From Hyphochytrium catenoides (lineage: Eukaryota > Protista > Hyphochytriomycota), in contig FLMG01003710.1 of NCBI GenBank assembly GCA_900088475.1, positions 62,001-126,000 on the forward strand: a stretch of DNA of 64,000 nucleotides. The letters are read 5' to 3'. Each line of letters starts with the position of its first letter. The stretch's first letter is position 1. The notes under the pieces were generated by a model. The model searched no databases and had not been told where the DNA came from. It saw only the letters and a program-made list of their open reading frames with translations. Made by a program: the position numbers and the translations under genes. Below are positions 38,731 through 51,356 of this stretch, piece after piece.

Positions 38731-39910
38731 CCCAGAGCCCCTAATAATTACCTGCGCACTGCCATTACTACCTGATCTGTCTTGAAAATGGCGCTCTGTC
38801 TCGCATCTGCTACAGCATGTAAGCCAGCTAAATCCTATCTCTCTGGGCCCCAACCTCGTCACATCCCACCCACCGTCGAGAGGATCTACACCTCTCTAGA
38901 GAGGGCCATGGAGGAAGTGATCCACAGTACACAACTGAACCCTTTCGTCCACTGAAAGCAGTAATGAGTGATCTTTTCAATTACTTTAAAGGGCTATTGG
39001 CAAACCCACTATTTCTATTTTGGCCACTGTACCCCCATTGAAAGAGTGTGGGCCAAACTTCTGCCCCATCCTCCAATGTGCACAAACCTCTAAAGCTAAA
39101 CCTAGGGGGATCTCAGCAGTGTACGAGGAGAATTCCGTCCCTTACCTCGTCCCTAGAAACCAGCCCAGACATCGATTTCAATGGCCGATTGAGGCTAGAA
39201 ACTCCCCAAACTCCCTTCAAAGAAGGATCGCTGAAAGACACTCAGTTAGAGGAATAGTCCTTCAGGGGCCGGCCGGGTGGGGGTGGTCACACTTGTTGTA
39301 TTTTCTCCGCATATCAACCATTTCGTTTGCTTATAGTTATCTATTCTGAAAGGTTTTGTGCGGAATGATTTGATAACTGAATGACCTGGATGAAACGGAT
39401 GGATCTGTGGATCTGACTTTTGAGTGTCTTCAACTTTATAAAAAAATTTGCATCAAGGGCTTTTGTGCCTGATCTCAAGCGAAGCTTCATCGGCTTTCAT
39501 AGTCATTATTAGGAGCCAAATAGCCGTCTACATGCCACCGCGAAGGTTTTTCGCTTCTGCAGAACTCCTGCTTAACACTATTGTTATCTCGCCTATCTAG
39601 TTCAAGGAACACCTTAAGCAAACCCTGGAGCTCTCACATCTCGTCTTGATCGCTATGACAAAACTGCAGCTTATTCAAGCTCCTTGTATTCTTCAAATAC
39701 TTTTAAAGAGAAGGAACATATGCAGCACAGCTAACTAGCTGTCGCAATCCTCCGGCCGTTAAAGGCCGTAGGGTTTAGAGATCTGCCGCCAACCGGTTCC
39801 CCTGGCTGAGCAGCCCTTCTCTGGCGGCCTGCATAAAAAGCAGAGCAGAATGCTATAGAATTCCATGCTTTCTGCCTACCATTGGGGATAGTATAAAAAA
39901 CTGCAAGGGC

Positions 39911-41480
39911 CTAGACTTTTGACGAGAGTGATGCAGCGGTTGAGTTGGGGGGCACACGGCGCCGTAGCTGTTGAACGAAATCAGCAATCATCAAGGGCCA
40001 CTCCGCCTTGACTTCCTGATAAGTTGAGGCGACGTGGAGTCTGGAACCACCTATTGCATCATGAAGCTTTTTAGCCGTCGACAAGGGATGGACGGGATCC
40101 TCACCCCATGCGAGGATAAGCGTTGGCGCTAAGATAGCTCTAATCTCATCCAGGCTAGGTAAGTCGCATAACGCTGCGCCCTTTAGAATATTGGAGAGGA
40201 CAGTTTTCTGGGTCGTCCCTTCGTTGGCAGTCCCTCCTTCCCTCAGGCACCTGAACTCTGCCAAATGCTTGGCGCTGATCTTATTGTATTGCACTCCGGC
40301 CGCACGGAAGATCTCGAGAGAAGGTTTCTGAATAAAAAGAGATTAGTTCACAGGCCATTCCTTCATATCGGCAGTCTCGACAACCATTACCTCTGCCTTC
40401 ACTTCGCTGTTTCCTTCCTTAACGACAGATTGCCCCAGTGCTCCCATTTACCTTTTCTTTGTTGACCCATATGCACTCACTAATACTTAACGTCTCTCTT
40501 TCTTACTACGCCGGCCACCACCGTCGTTCCAGCGAGCATATTTACTCGCAACTTACATCGGCAAAAGTTGACAAGTATTCGTCCAATCCTTTCTCTTCAA
40601 TCAGTTCCGCTCCTCGAACCATCTTTCCCCTCTGTGTGGCGTCTCTGGTCTCCCAGGCAGTCGGAGGAATAACAAGGATGAGGCCAAGAACTCTCTCAGG
40701 GGCCTGCAGAGCAGCGTAAATTGAAGTCGCACAGCCCATTGACATACCTTAACATAATGGAAACGTGTCAGCTATGCGTTAACAAAATCAAAGCAGGGAT
40801 AGGGACAAGAGAATCCAAAGCTTGAGAATACAGAGAACTAGTATTCCTAGAACTAGCAGACCATGGACTGAGGCGTCCTATTGGATAGATGCAATGACGC
40901 AATCAGTGAGACGACATGAGCAAAAGCGTACAAGGTGGACGATAGAATAGCATCGCAAGCTGAGAGCCAAGCATCACAGAGTCGCCAGGAACATAAGCAA
41001 GGAAATAGATCGAGGCAGAATCGCTCAATTACCTCCGCAGACGAACTGCTCGATTCCGATCTCTGTCGTTAGAGCAAGACAATCTCTTGCTAGATTCTCC
41101 CATTTATAATCCTCGGGCCTAAAGGTGCCCTGTGAGCCACCGTGGCCACGTGCATCATAGCGTATACACTCTACGCCTTCCACTTGTTGCCATAATCTGG
41201 CAGAAAAGACTTCTGCCTCGTCAAGAATATCCATACAATTAAAGAGACCGTGCAGGAAGACAAGCGGTACTCGCTCTTTTGAACTTGAAGTCGCCTCCTT
41301 GGCCTGATCATCTTTATCTTCGTATAACACCCTAGGAATACCAAGGAAGGACAAGGAGAGGTTTTAGCTAGAACATGTGTCCTTGGCCTGCGATGAGACC
41401 AACAGAGTACATGCTGACCTTTCAACCTGCAACTCCACTCCATTAACGGCCACCAATCTCCTAGCTGCTGCTCCTTCCAT
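39911..41480 (-). CDS. Alpha/beta-hydrolase fold enzyme, multi-exon
   Basis: MEGAAARRLVAVNGVELQVE|..LVFLHGL..IRYDARGHGGS..CG|GMSMGCAT (GXSXG)..APERVLGLILVIPPTAWETR..PTLILAWGEDPVHP. Confidence 0.92.
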
Positions 41481-42236
41481 GTTTCCTTTATGGACACTAG
41501 ATGCTGTTTAGCGCTGCCTAACGTCCTCAGTGCGCTGTTTCTTGCGTGCCTTGAAGACTTAACATGGACCTCCGTCCCCAGATCTTTGGGTCTGTTGGCC
41601 TGTCAGCCTCCAAAGCTGAAGATCATCATCATCTCATCAGAATCCATCACCCACGCTGTTGTGACTAGTAGTAGTCATAATAATAGCCGCAGAACTTGCC
41701 TGACTAGTGCCAAAGCATTTTGGGGTTATTGATCCAAAAGGCAAGAGGTAGTAATAAACAGAAGCGTGCAGACCTCCTCCTGGGGTATGGGCATCCTTCC
41801 AGCATTTCATAGCCAAATGCAGATCAATCTTTGTGATGTTTATGGAGCTGCGATGAAGGCTGGCGTCTCGCTTCATTGCGCCTGACGCCTGTGATGCACA
41901 GGCTGCATCTGAGAATCATTGGAAGGGGAACAAAGAGGCGTAGCTGGGATGAAGAGAGAGGCGCTTTTGCGGGGTTTTACCCTTACCACTATATCGATAC
42001 TCTGTTCGCTGTGCATGGTATGAATGCGCTCCCTCCCTCATTCACTGCTTTATGAGTAAGAACACGAAGCGGCTTTGGAAGTGAGGCCCAGCGGCACAGT
42101 GCTTACCAAGGAGGTTACATCGCCCGAGCGACTAGCGGATCTATGGGGAGGTCCCTTTAGCAAAGTATTCCTTAGATGCCAAGAAGTAACTTACGTGGCA
42201 TCATTGATAAACCCTATAAACTCAATAGGTCAAATA

Positions 42237-45200
42237 CTAGATCCTAGATGTGATCTCGACTGAGCCATGGGACCAACGGCCGCCGACCACGCCTCCATGC
42301 TGGCAAGTCCATGGCCTTGGAAGGCCTTTAAGGGAAAGATGAGTATGGACGTTGATGTCCGATGAGCTTGGACAAGTTATCGGTAAACAGGAGCAATTCC
42401 TCATCTCTGTATTTGTTTCCAATGTTTCCATTGTCTCGCGTTCTTGCCTAGTCTGGGTTAGTTGAAGTTTCCGGGTGGCTGCTTCTTTCTCCAGTTTGCG
42501 GGTGGCTGCTTCTTCCTCTTCCTCATTACGAAACGGCGCAGCTGGCGCCGCCAAACTTGGAATTTGAGGTAGCACTCTGCCATAGAAGGCTAAAGAAGAT
42601 GGGGTAGGCCGAAAGAATCAATCATTAACAGTGAAGCAGTGTGACAAGCGTGTCAAGGTCAGCAATGTACGATTAGTGAAAGAGAAGAGAGGAAGACAGG
42701 GAAACGAGTAGGAAAGCCCTGATCGAGAGTGGAAAGCTGGACCAGACAGAGAGAGAGTGCCATCAATCGGGAGAGTCCAACAAGTCTGTAAGGGAAGCAA
42801 GCGGAAAGGAGGAAATGGCCATCAAGTAGCGGAGAGTCTGAAGACTGATGTTAGGGCTCTCAGGGCCCAAGAGATGCGAGGTTAAACACTTCAATGCCTC
42901 TAACCTGTGATCACTGTCGAAGCTCGTGAAGAAGAGGGAGAATACACCCTTGAAGGCTCTATATGAGAGAGTCACGTCTGTGGCTTGGAAAGTCGGTGAC
43001 AAAATGGGAATCTCCGCCACCGCCTGGAGCACCTAAGGAGTAGAAGGATGATGGAATGAGGTTTGATGAGAAAGGAAAGAAACCTAAAGTATCTAAAGCT
43101 GTGGCTGACCAGCCCGCTGTGTACAAGCTCCTTCCTTGGTATATAAAAGACAAGGTGAAAGAAGACTAAGGAGGAAATAGGAGAACAAATGGAGGGAACG
43201 AAACAGGATGGCAATTTGCAGACCTTCACTGTCAAATATCTCTACCGGTTTAGACCATGCGATGAGAACAGAATTTGATGAGATCTCAAACGGTCTCCTC
43301 AAGAGGCTTACCTCGTTTAGCTCGGTCTGCTCGATATCCAGCAGAAGAGCGAATCGTCTCACGGTACTCAGGAGAACTACTACTTCAGGCTCCTCGCTGG
43401 GGAACTCTGCGGTGGCCGTCGGGATTGCCTCGACCTGTTCCCCCCTCCTTTGATCCCCACCTTCAAGTCTTTTGTTAATTTCAGATTTTCCCATTTTGAC
43501 GCTGAGAATGGTGAACACGTCCTGGGAGTATCGTTCCCTAAGAGCAACAGGTAAGTAGGTAACCATAGTGAGTTAGAGAGAGACCGATAAGGTGCAATGG
43601 AGGTGGGGCTGACATCAAGGGAAAGCGCAGAGCAGGAGGTAGCGCAAAGGAGAAAGGGGGATCAGAAGGAGGAGCTACGCATGAATCTTTTTCCCATTTG
43701 TTGTGCTTGCCATACTGGAGGTTGGTCTCTTTTGCTACTACTTCCACCCATCTTTTGTCTACCCATATCAGGCTTATCTCAGTCTGTTAGGTTATCTGCA
43801 TTTTCCCCGTAGCCGCCTTCTTAGAGATTCTCCCTTCCTCTGCCCATTCTCTCCTCCTCCAATCTCTTTGTATCAGCGGCCCTTTGACCCTGCAGGTACA
43901 TCGAGACTGTAGGTCAAACACGACCGTACCAGAACTGCTTGCAACACTTAAAGTTGAGGGCGCAAATCATCAGCGTGGCGATTAGAAAGCTCTCGTAGGT
44001 AACGAAGCCAGAGCGTGTATGGTCTACACAGAAACGAATGTTAGCCTGAATCTGCTTAGAGACGAGAGGCCTCCAAGCCAGTTGACGCGTTCAGAAATAG
44101 CTAGAAATAGAAGAAGAAGCCTGCGGACAGCGACTAGCACAGCAGCTTGCCGACAACAGGAATGATTAAGGCGGAGCTTGCAACACCACTTTGAGGGTGT
44201 CCAATGACTCATAGGGAGCCCTATTAATAGCTAAGTAAAAGAGAAAGCGTATCTGCGGGAGAGAAATGCACTGACAGTCAGGGTAGCCGGCCCCACGACA
44301 AAAGAAGTGAGACGAACCTAAGAAGTCGAACATATTTAGACAGTAATGGTCAGGAAAGTCTCCAATATCCCTCAGATGCCTCACAAATTCACACTCCTCC
44401 AGCACTGAGCCATGCTGACCTAGTGAGCCATCTGCCGCTCCGTTGGAGAAGGAAAGAGTTATGACGGGAAAGATCGTCAGAGTCCGAATAAAGTATAGAG
44501 ATGAGAAACTGAAGATTACATCTGCCGCAGGAGGACTAGAGAGAGAAATTGGCTCATGTTGAGCTTCAGAGATTTTGTTCACCTCGGGCAGGTGTTAATG
44601 GTGTTGCCTAGGCACGGTAGCTGGAGAAGAGTAAAGGTACATAGCAAAGTGGGCTGGACATTTGGGAAAAAGTACCAGAGGTCAGCTTACCTAAGCCATT
44701 GACAGTAACATAGTGGTTCTGCTGCTCCTGCAGATACTTATAGAAAGCCTGCTGAACTGGCTGAGTCTGCAGCAATTCGAGGAGGATCTAGACCCAATGA
44801 GCGAAGAGGAGGGTGAGGCAGAATACCACCAAGAAGAAGAGGATAACACTTAGGAGTCACATCAAAACCCATACAGTCTGGTGGCGAGAGCTTCGAGGAA
44901 AGGAGAATATGTGAGAGGAACGATAGATTCCACCAAGAGCCCAATGGACAGCTCAGATGCAATAAAGAGTTTTGAAGTCTTTGTACTGCATCAGCTAGCC
45001 TTGCCTTGGGAGATTCCTCAGAAACCCCTGTTGATGTGAGCAAAGTGGAACAAGTGAGATTTTACTTCTCGCCAAGCGCCTGAAGAGGAGGCCCAGGCAG
45101 GCAAGACGATCATGTGAAAGGGAACTTACTCTCCCCAAGCGGCGCCAAAATGCTGTTGAAGAACTTGAGGTTGATCTGCGAGGAGAGGTGATGGTGCACG

Positions 45201-46400
45201 AAGGTAAGAACCTCTCTGTCTTGTCGACCATTGCAATGTTGCTGATCACTTCTATCGACCTTGAAGAGGCGAAACTCTTACTCTCTCTACTCTTTGCCCT
45301 TTTCTTCTTTCCTCTTCGACCTCCCTGTCAAGTCCTCTCAAAAGCACTCTTGAAGACGAACGAAGTCCTCGCCCATATCATATGCTTTTCGGTTCCGCTC
45401 GTCACCCAATGCACTCAGTCATCTTGCTTAGTGGTACGCATATCCCCGACTAGCAGTCCTGCTCTTTGCTTACCTGCATCCCTCCCCAGATGTGTTGGCT
45501 TGGAGCTCTTCAGTATGTTGTCTGCATTAGAAAGTAGTAACAATTGGGCGTAAGAGAAGCCCAGGGCAGGAGGACGAGCGATTGCTTCGAGAGTGTATAG
45601 AGTTGACGTGACTGCTTTGGTTAGTGGCAGACGGACCTAAGAGAGGGACGCTAATGCCCTTTAACTCACTAGGACCGTCATTGCTTCACTGATGGTGCTT
45701 CTCCTTGGGCCGCCAAAAGCAACAGCTTCGGTATTCTAATATGAAGAAGCATGACTTCCGCTATGATAGGTCATTGGAGTCAGCACACTCGAAGGGCACG
45801 TGTGTTCCCTCTAGACCTCGCATCCAGCCATAAGATAGAAACAGACGGCAGTAGTGATGTACCAGGATGCCAGGGCTGATAGAGAGAGACAGGTTGATAA
45901 GCTCATCAAACCGCTGAGGTGCGCTGACAGCTCTAAAAGCTCGATAAATGACCTTTCGACGATTGGCAGCATGGAGCTTCCCCGCTATTGCGACTATCTA
46001 AGGGATTTTTTGCTGTTCACGCCCAAGCTTTGTATAGACCGCTCAGTTTCTTGAGTGTAAAACAGACATTATGGGGACGTGGACGACGCTGAGTTGCTAT
46101 GATTGTACCTCTGAAGCCACTTGCGGCAGATCGCAGTTCTGGGATAGCTGGCGAAGACTGGAAGATAGAGCTGCTGATGTTGGGATAAGCGATGGAGATT
46201 GCTTGCTGCTCCCTTTACAAGGACGGAGGACCGAGAAGATCTCCGTAAGAAGCTTACGCCACGCGTCAGTATGTGAAGGTTAGCCAGTGGACAGGTAGTG
46301 AAGACAAAGGGAGAGCGCAAGGCAGTCAGCCGGGGGTCCTGCTGAGAAAGCCTGTGAAGGACATCTAATTCTTTGAGAAGCATATGTTTGATGTGTTCAA
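42237..46400 (-). CDS. Large hypothetical multi-exon protein(s), Leu-rich and probably helical; may be more than one gene
   Basis: Series of phase-plausible minus-strand exons (HMLLKELDVLHRL.., ARLADAVQRLQNSLLHL.., EFVRHLRDIGDFPDHY.., LLSTVRRFALLLDIE.., LEALKCLTSHLL..). No motif recognised; boundaries uncertain. Confidence 0.5.
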
Positions 46401-46704
46401 CTGCAAAGGTGATGTGTGTCTTATATGGCTATTTTTGCAATCAATTTTCTCTCCCACCGCCTAGCTTTATCCCCAAAAAGCCTAAAGAAATAGGACGCCT
46501 TCCTCCCCTGGCTCAAATAGTACAGATGCTGCCTGGATGCATGCAGGTATCTTCTGCTTGGTGTCTCAAAGTCAGATATACATATAGGCCTGTTGGTATG
46601 CTTGGCGGCCGAAGGACAGGGGCGCCCCATAGAAACGCTGACCAATTTGGCTGGTGGCAGACCTCGCATGCGCCAGACGAAAGGGAGACTGGTGTGGGTT
46701 GAGT

Positions 46705-47252
46705 TTAGATATCATCGAAGTCAAAGCCAATGTCGTCGTCATCGCCTCCTTCTAAGCCGCCTGCACCCTCGGCTGAGATTTCATTGATTCTTGCTGACTC
46801 TGGAAGTTCTCCGTATGCCTTTAGTTGACGAGCTTCATCTGCATTGTACTTGTGGATGACGTCCACCTTTCCATCCTGGTACTCACGCAAGCTGACGAGA
46901 ATGATATCTCCAGCGCTAACCCAGACCTTCTTACGCATCTTTCCACGAATATGGCCTAGACGTGTGGTACCGTCGAAGCAATAAGCCTCCAAACGGCCAT
47001 TACCAAGCATTCTGATGACCTGGGCGTATTCTGAGCGAATAGAGTGGAACGCAAGCGAATCGGGAAGAGTCAGATTATGAATATATGAAGCATTAGAAAG
47101 TCTTTCAAAGCAGAGAAGAGATAGTTGCATATTACTGCGCAGAAGAGCGTACCTTGGCCATCCTCTTTGAATTCGAGCTCACGTTTGTTTTCCTCGTTCT
47201 CGTTCTTGCCTCTACGTCTGTTCTTGCCACCCTTTCCCTTATTCTTCGGCAT
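46705..47252 (-). CDS. EIF1A: Eukaryotic translation initiation factor 1A, 2 coding exons
   Basis: [18 protein letters not shown]...FKEDGQ|[16 protein letters not shown]...[11 protein letters not shown]...LKAYGELPE...FDDI*. Confidence 0.99.
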
Positions 47253-47486
47253 GGTTACTACTGAAATAGAGGAGCGTTAACTTCTAGAAAAGATCAATAT
47301 CTCCAAATTTGCCCCTTTGGGAACAAGACCGACAGGACGCAACTACAGAGCCTACTGCCGGGCATGTGAGACTACCCGACCGTGAAAAGGACGTTTCTAG
47401 TTCTATATCTCACCTGTAAGCTTCTTTTACTTCGGTAAACCAGGTATCTCTTCGATTTTCAATATCCGAGCTGATTTCGCTGCTTA

Positions 47487-47510
47487 TGCAGATTGCAATC
47501 TGCAGATTGC
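47487..47510. promoter_or_regulatory. Interlocking perfect palindromes upstream of eIF1A
   Basis: TGCAGATTGCAATCTGCA (47487-47504) and GCAATCTGCAGATTGC (47495-47510), just upstream of the 5'UTR intron donor (~47414). Function unproven. Confidence 0.3.
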
Positions 47511-47829
47511 CAGATGAGCTTTATTGGGCCCTATTCTGAAGACTGCGGAGACCTTAGCATTGTGTTCGCAGTTGGACGCGCCCGTCCTCCGCTACCCAAC
47601 CACCACAACATCTCTAAGAGGCCTCATAACTCCGATATTGCTGTCCATATCTGGGCCTAATTAGGAGCTGTACTCTTCCAAGAACTGGTGAGCACTTACC
47701 CATTACCACAGTCAGCTAAAGGCGGAGTATGGCCTCGGAGTATGTGGATCAGGAATGTGGATGGGCTGATTGGTGCAGCTTGATCTTTTGAGCTCTGTAC
47801 TTTCGGGTATTCCCGAATATAGTATGCGA

Positions 47830-50490
47830 AGAACGATGATGATAATGATGATGACGCCAAGGAGTTGAGTATATCACGGTCAGTGTTGTTTATTAGTAGT
47901 CTGGTCTGCTTGATTGGGGGTCTATTATGTCAGTTGTTTGTCCGTCAGCGCGAGCAGCTGGTTGGTGCGGTGGTGCAGACAATACAAGGAGGAGTCATGG
48001 CAACCTACTACTAGTAGGCAGCAGGCGAGCAACCGCTGCGTAAAGTTCTTCCTTCGCCTATTATTTTCTTTTGGATAGCTCCGCAAGTAAAACTGATCCC
48101 GTTGATGGGGAATGGTGGTGTCTGTCAAACAATCTCTGTGAAACAGAGAATCAAAAAGAGGTGTGGGGCCCTCCGCCTTCAATCCCACCTCGTCCTTTAT
48201 TTTAGTAGCTGCTGCTGCTTGCCGTTTATTCCCGCGTCGTCTAAACAGCGACGAATAATAGTAATAAGTAAGTTGTCTTATTGCTGGAGGAGAGGTAGTA
48301 TGTGGCATTGATGATAATAGTTCTATGCTACTTCATTGCGGATTGCTATCCTCTGAAGACTTATAGTTGCTGTATGTAGAAACAACTACTCACAAAAAGA
48401 AGAACAAGAAGGAAGAGGAGCCGAAGAAAGGACAAGCTACGAAAGCTTGGCTTCTTCTTGGACTCTGTCCTCCGCCACCACCCTTACGAAAGGAAGAATC
48501 ATAGTTGATGTCCTTAACAATAATCAACAATAGAAGAGGGAAAAAGACAATAAAAGGCACCAAGACTATCATCACTCTCTGCCAGTATTCTTATATATTC
48601 TGGACGAGGATCTTGATGAGTAGCTCTCGTTCGTCTCAAAGTCAATACAATGGAAGAAGCCACCTGCTCTTCATGCAAGCAAGCTGGAGATCTTGCTGGC
48701 CGTAGCCTTGCACCTAAAAGGGAGAATTGTCCAGTATTCATCATGTATGTATCCTTTACATCCTTATTGCAATAGACAGATTTACTGAAGAGGGACACTT
48801 GAAGAAGTATGATGATGTCCTCTGCGAGCTGGTGGTACAAAGTTCTGACACCACCTAATTCTTCAATAGGCACTACTTTCCATCCCCTGGTAAGGAGTCT
48901 GACCAGAAGACTCGTTCTAAATGATTTAACGAGATGTTGTCGTCTCTGGCCGTAAAAGCCCCTTCTTGATTACTGGTCAACTCCGTCGACCTGACAGAGA
49001 GATGTCCGGTGTGTGGAGAGGAGATCTTGATTCTAGCAAATTCTATCTCCATACATCTTCTTCCCATTCCTGCATGATAGATGTTTATATCTGCTGCAAT
49101 ACCACAATGTAAAACCATTGTAACGCCGGGATTTAGTTATGAGAATAAAGAACCGTGACAACAACTTGATGCGGAAGAAGATGCTAAAAGGCCCCAGTGG
49201 AGGCAGGCGACAACGAAAAGAAGAACTGCTGTTAACTTTGTTCACCACCGAGTAACGCAACTAGTGGCGACAGTCGCAACCGCAGCAGCTGCTTTCAAAC
49301 ATCGATGGCGGCGACAAGAAGGGGGATTGATCGCTACTTACGTTAACCAAAACTCCTCCTTCACCTCTTCTTCCTCCACTTCTCATTCGATCCCCCAAGA
49401 TCCTTACACCCTTCTTACGCCCTGCCTCTTCCTCTTGTCCCCTCCTCTTCTTTTCTCGCTGGCAAGGTCCTCCCTTTGTTGCGGTAAGGTGTACAACGCG
49501 AAGCCTTCAAAGTTGCATAGGTATGCCTCTTTTTATGAAAGGACAGAAAGAAGGTACCTCCTAATCGTCATTCCTCCCTACCAGTTGTCTTCCTGGCTGC
49601 CTCCTCATGTTGTTCTTGTGCACCTTCTACTACCACTCCAAGAAGTAGCATCCATGGGTAACGAAGCACTATGATCAAGGAGTCATCATTGTTGTTGAAG
49701 AACAAGAACGAGGAGCGTCTCCAAAACACGACGGACGAATGATAAAAGACCAAGACCCTAATGATGGACTTCCTTCTTCTGTCTTCTCTTCTTTCTGATC
49801 TTTCATCGTGTTCCCTAACTACTCAAACCACCTCCTGCACAGTGTAAAGGCTTTTAGACCTTTCGATGTTCCCGGTCCAGACACGGCCAACACACAGCCG
49901 CATGAACTTCCTAACTTCAACCAGAACAAGGCCCGGACGATATGTACAAGCCAAGGTACAAGCTGGTATACATCCTACTGCAGTTCTTTCTGTCCTCAAC
50001 CTTTTGGTCTGTGTTGATTGGTAATAGCTGTATTATTGCCAGACAGGTTTGGCACAAATAGCGGAATGATCCTTAATAGGGCTGATGAGGGATGAGGAAA
50101 GGAGGCAAAGGTGTGACGAAGGGTTGTGAGATTGATCCAATCAGAGAAACACCGCCTAAATCATTCATTTCCTTCCATTTATTCCATTATTGTTCCCTTT
50201 TATTAACTTAGTGAACTCTTGCAATGAATGAATGTTTCATTCCGAAGTGGTCAAATCTCCTCAACAAGAAACAGAAGAAGTTTCCTTGAATTCTTGCGGC
50301 GAGCGGCGCCAATCCCAGACAGCCCCCTGCCATCATCATCATCATCAGGCCTTTGAAGAGATAGAGCGCGGGCAAAGAGCTGCAAGGGCCAAGAAGAAGA
50401 GGAAACTCTTTCTAACAGCTGCAGAACGATCACGACCGAACTTCTCCCCGTCTTGGCACACGACATACTACTCAGTACACTGGTGACCTC
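47830..50490. mobile_element. Decayed mobile-element-like island, possibly with a degenerate rve-type integrase remnant at ~48650-48970 (+)
   Basis: AT-richer, short trinucleotide runs, all frames interrupted. The plus strand reads TCSSCKQ (CxxC), then after a frameshift YILIAIDRFT...*FFNRHYFPSPGKESDQ...*FNEMLSSLAVK, loosely matching the integrase core. Confidence 0.3.
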
Positions 50491-50569
50491 GCACCTGCCC
50501 GGTCATTGCAGAATATTGCCTACTCGGCCGACGACACAACCGCATAAAGGTCCTTTCGCGGACTGAAGA

Positions 50570-51356
50570 AGACTTCAAGGGACGTCTTACATTAAGCACT
50601 GGACTTTCTCATCATTGAAAGCGGACGTACTAGACTCAAGGACCGTCAAGGAGCAATACCAAAGCCAAGTTGAGCAAGTGGGGGAAGTCATTGCGTTTGA
50701 AGTGCCATCACCAAAGCGATAGACACGACATTGTGTTAAAGCAGTACAGTCGCTAGACTTAAGGCTGCTGGTGGAACTTCTGCGCGGACGTTGACTGTAT
50801 TGCCGAGACATAACGAGCAGCAGAGAACTTGGAACGACTGGCACGAAAAATGTTCTCCTCTATTATGAGTTTCGCATTTGGGAAGCCCGAGCAGTACAGG
50901 AAGAACCGCCACAGAAAGCCTGTGAAAGGGAGGACAGTAATCAGTGCAACAGACAGAGAGAGGGCTCTTTCCGAGTGCGAGATTGATGATGGCGCTTGGG
51001 TGCTAGTAGGCACCAAGGCACCGCCTACGTCATATGCTGCGGTAGCGGCATCGGCAGTGCCATCATCCAAGATTTGGCCCTCACCTTCAACGAGCAGCGG
51101 ACCTGCTTCAAAGGATAGAATGTCAAACTGGTCAACCCATACGAAACAAAATGAGGGCAGGAGACGAAATAAGGAGAGAATAGAAGCAACCCCTTCTTTC
51201 CATACAGTGGGGGTCGCAGCGTCTGGAGCGGTCACCTCTCGGATTTCTCTGAGCAAGCCCCCTTCAGCTCCAGAAGTTGAAGAAGGCGGTCTCACTACTA
51301 TTCCCCTCATAGATGAGGAAGTTGTTATCTCGGTGGATGAGCTGGCTCAGTGCTGA
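50570..51356 (+). pseudogene. Interrupted intronless ORF of unknown function
   Basis: The protein-like frame HWTFSSLKADVLDSRTVKEQYQSQVEQVGEVIAFEVPSPKR*TRHCVK...LLRGR*LYCRD shifts frame into the 175-aa ORF 50829-51356. Confidence 0.4.

Noticed and set aside
38208-38785. Leu/Ser-rich 'membrane' ORFs and RE-repeat ORFs (also 13119-13301, 27107-27547, 34432-34734)
   Set aside because: Translations of CT/GA microsatellites.
48514-49118. Minus-strand LERVFWSD / DTYMMN resembling a MULE/FAR1 transposase
   Set aside because: The motifs are in different frames with wrong spacing and no supporting DDE context.
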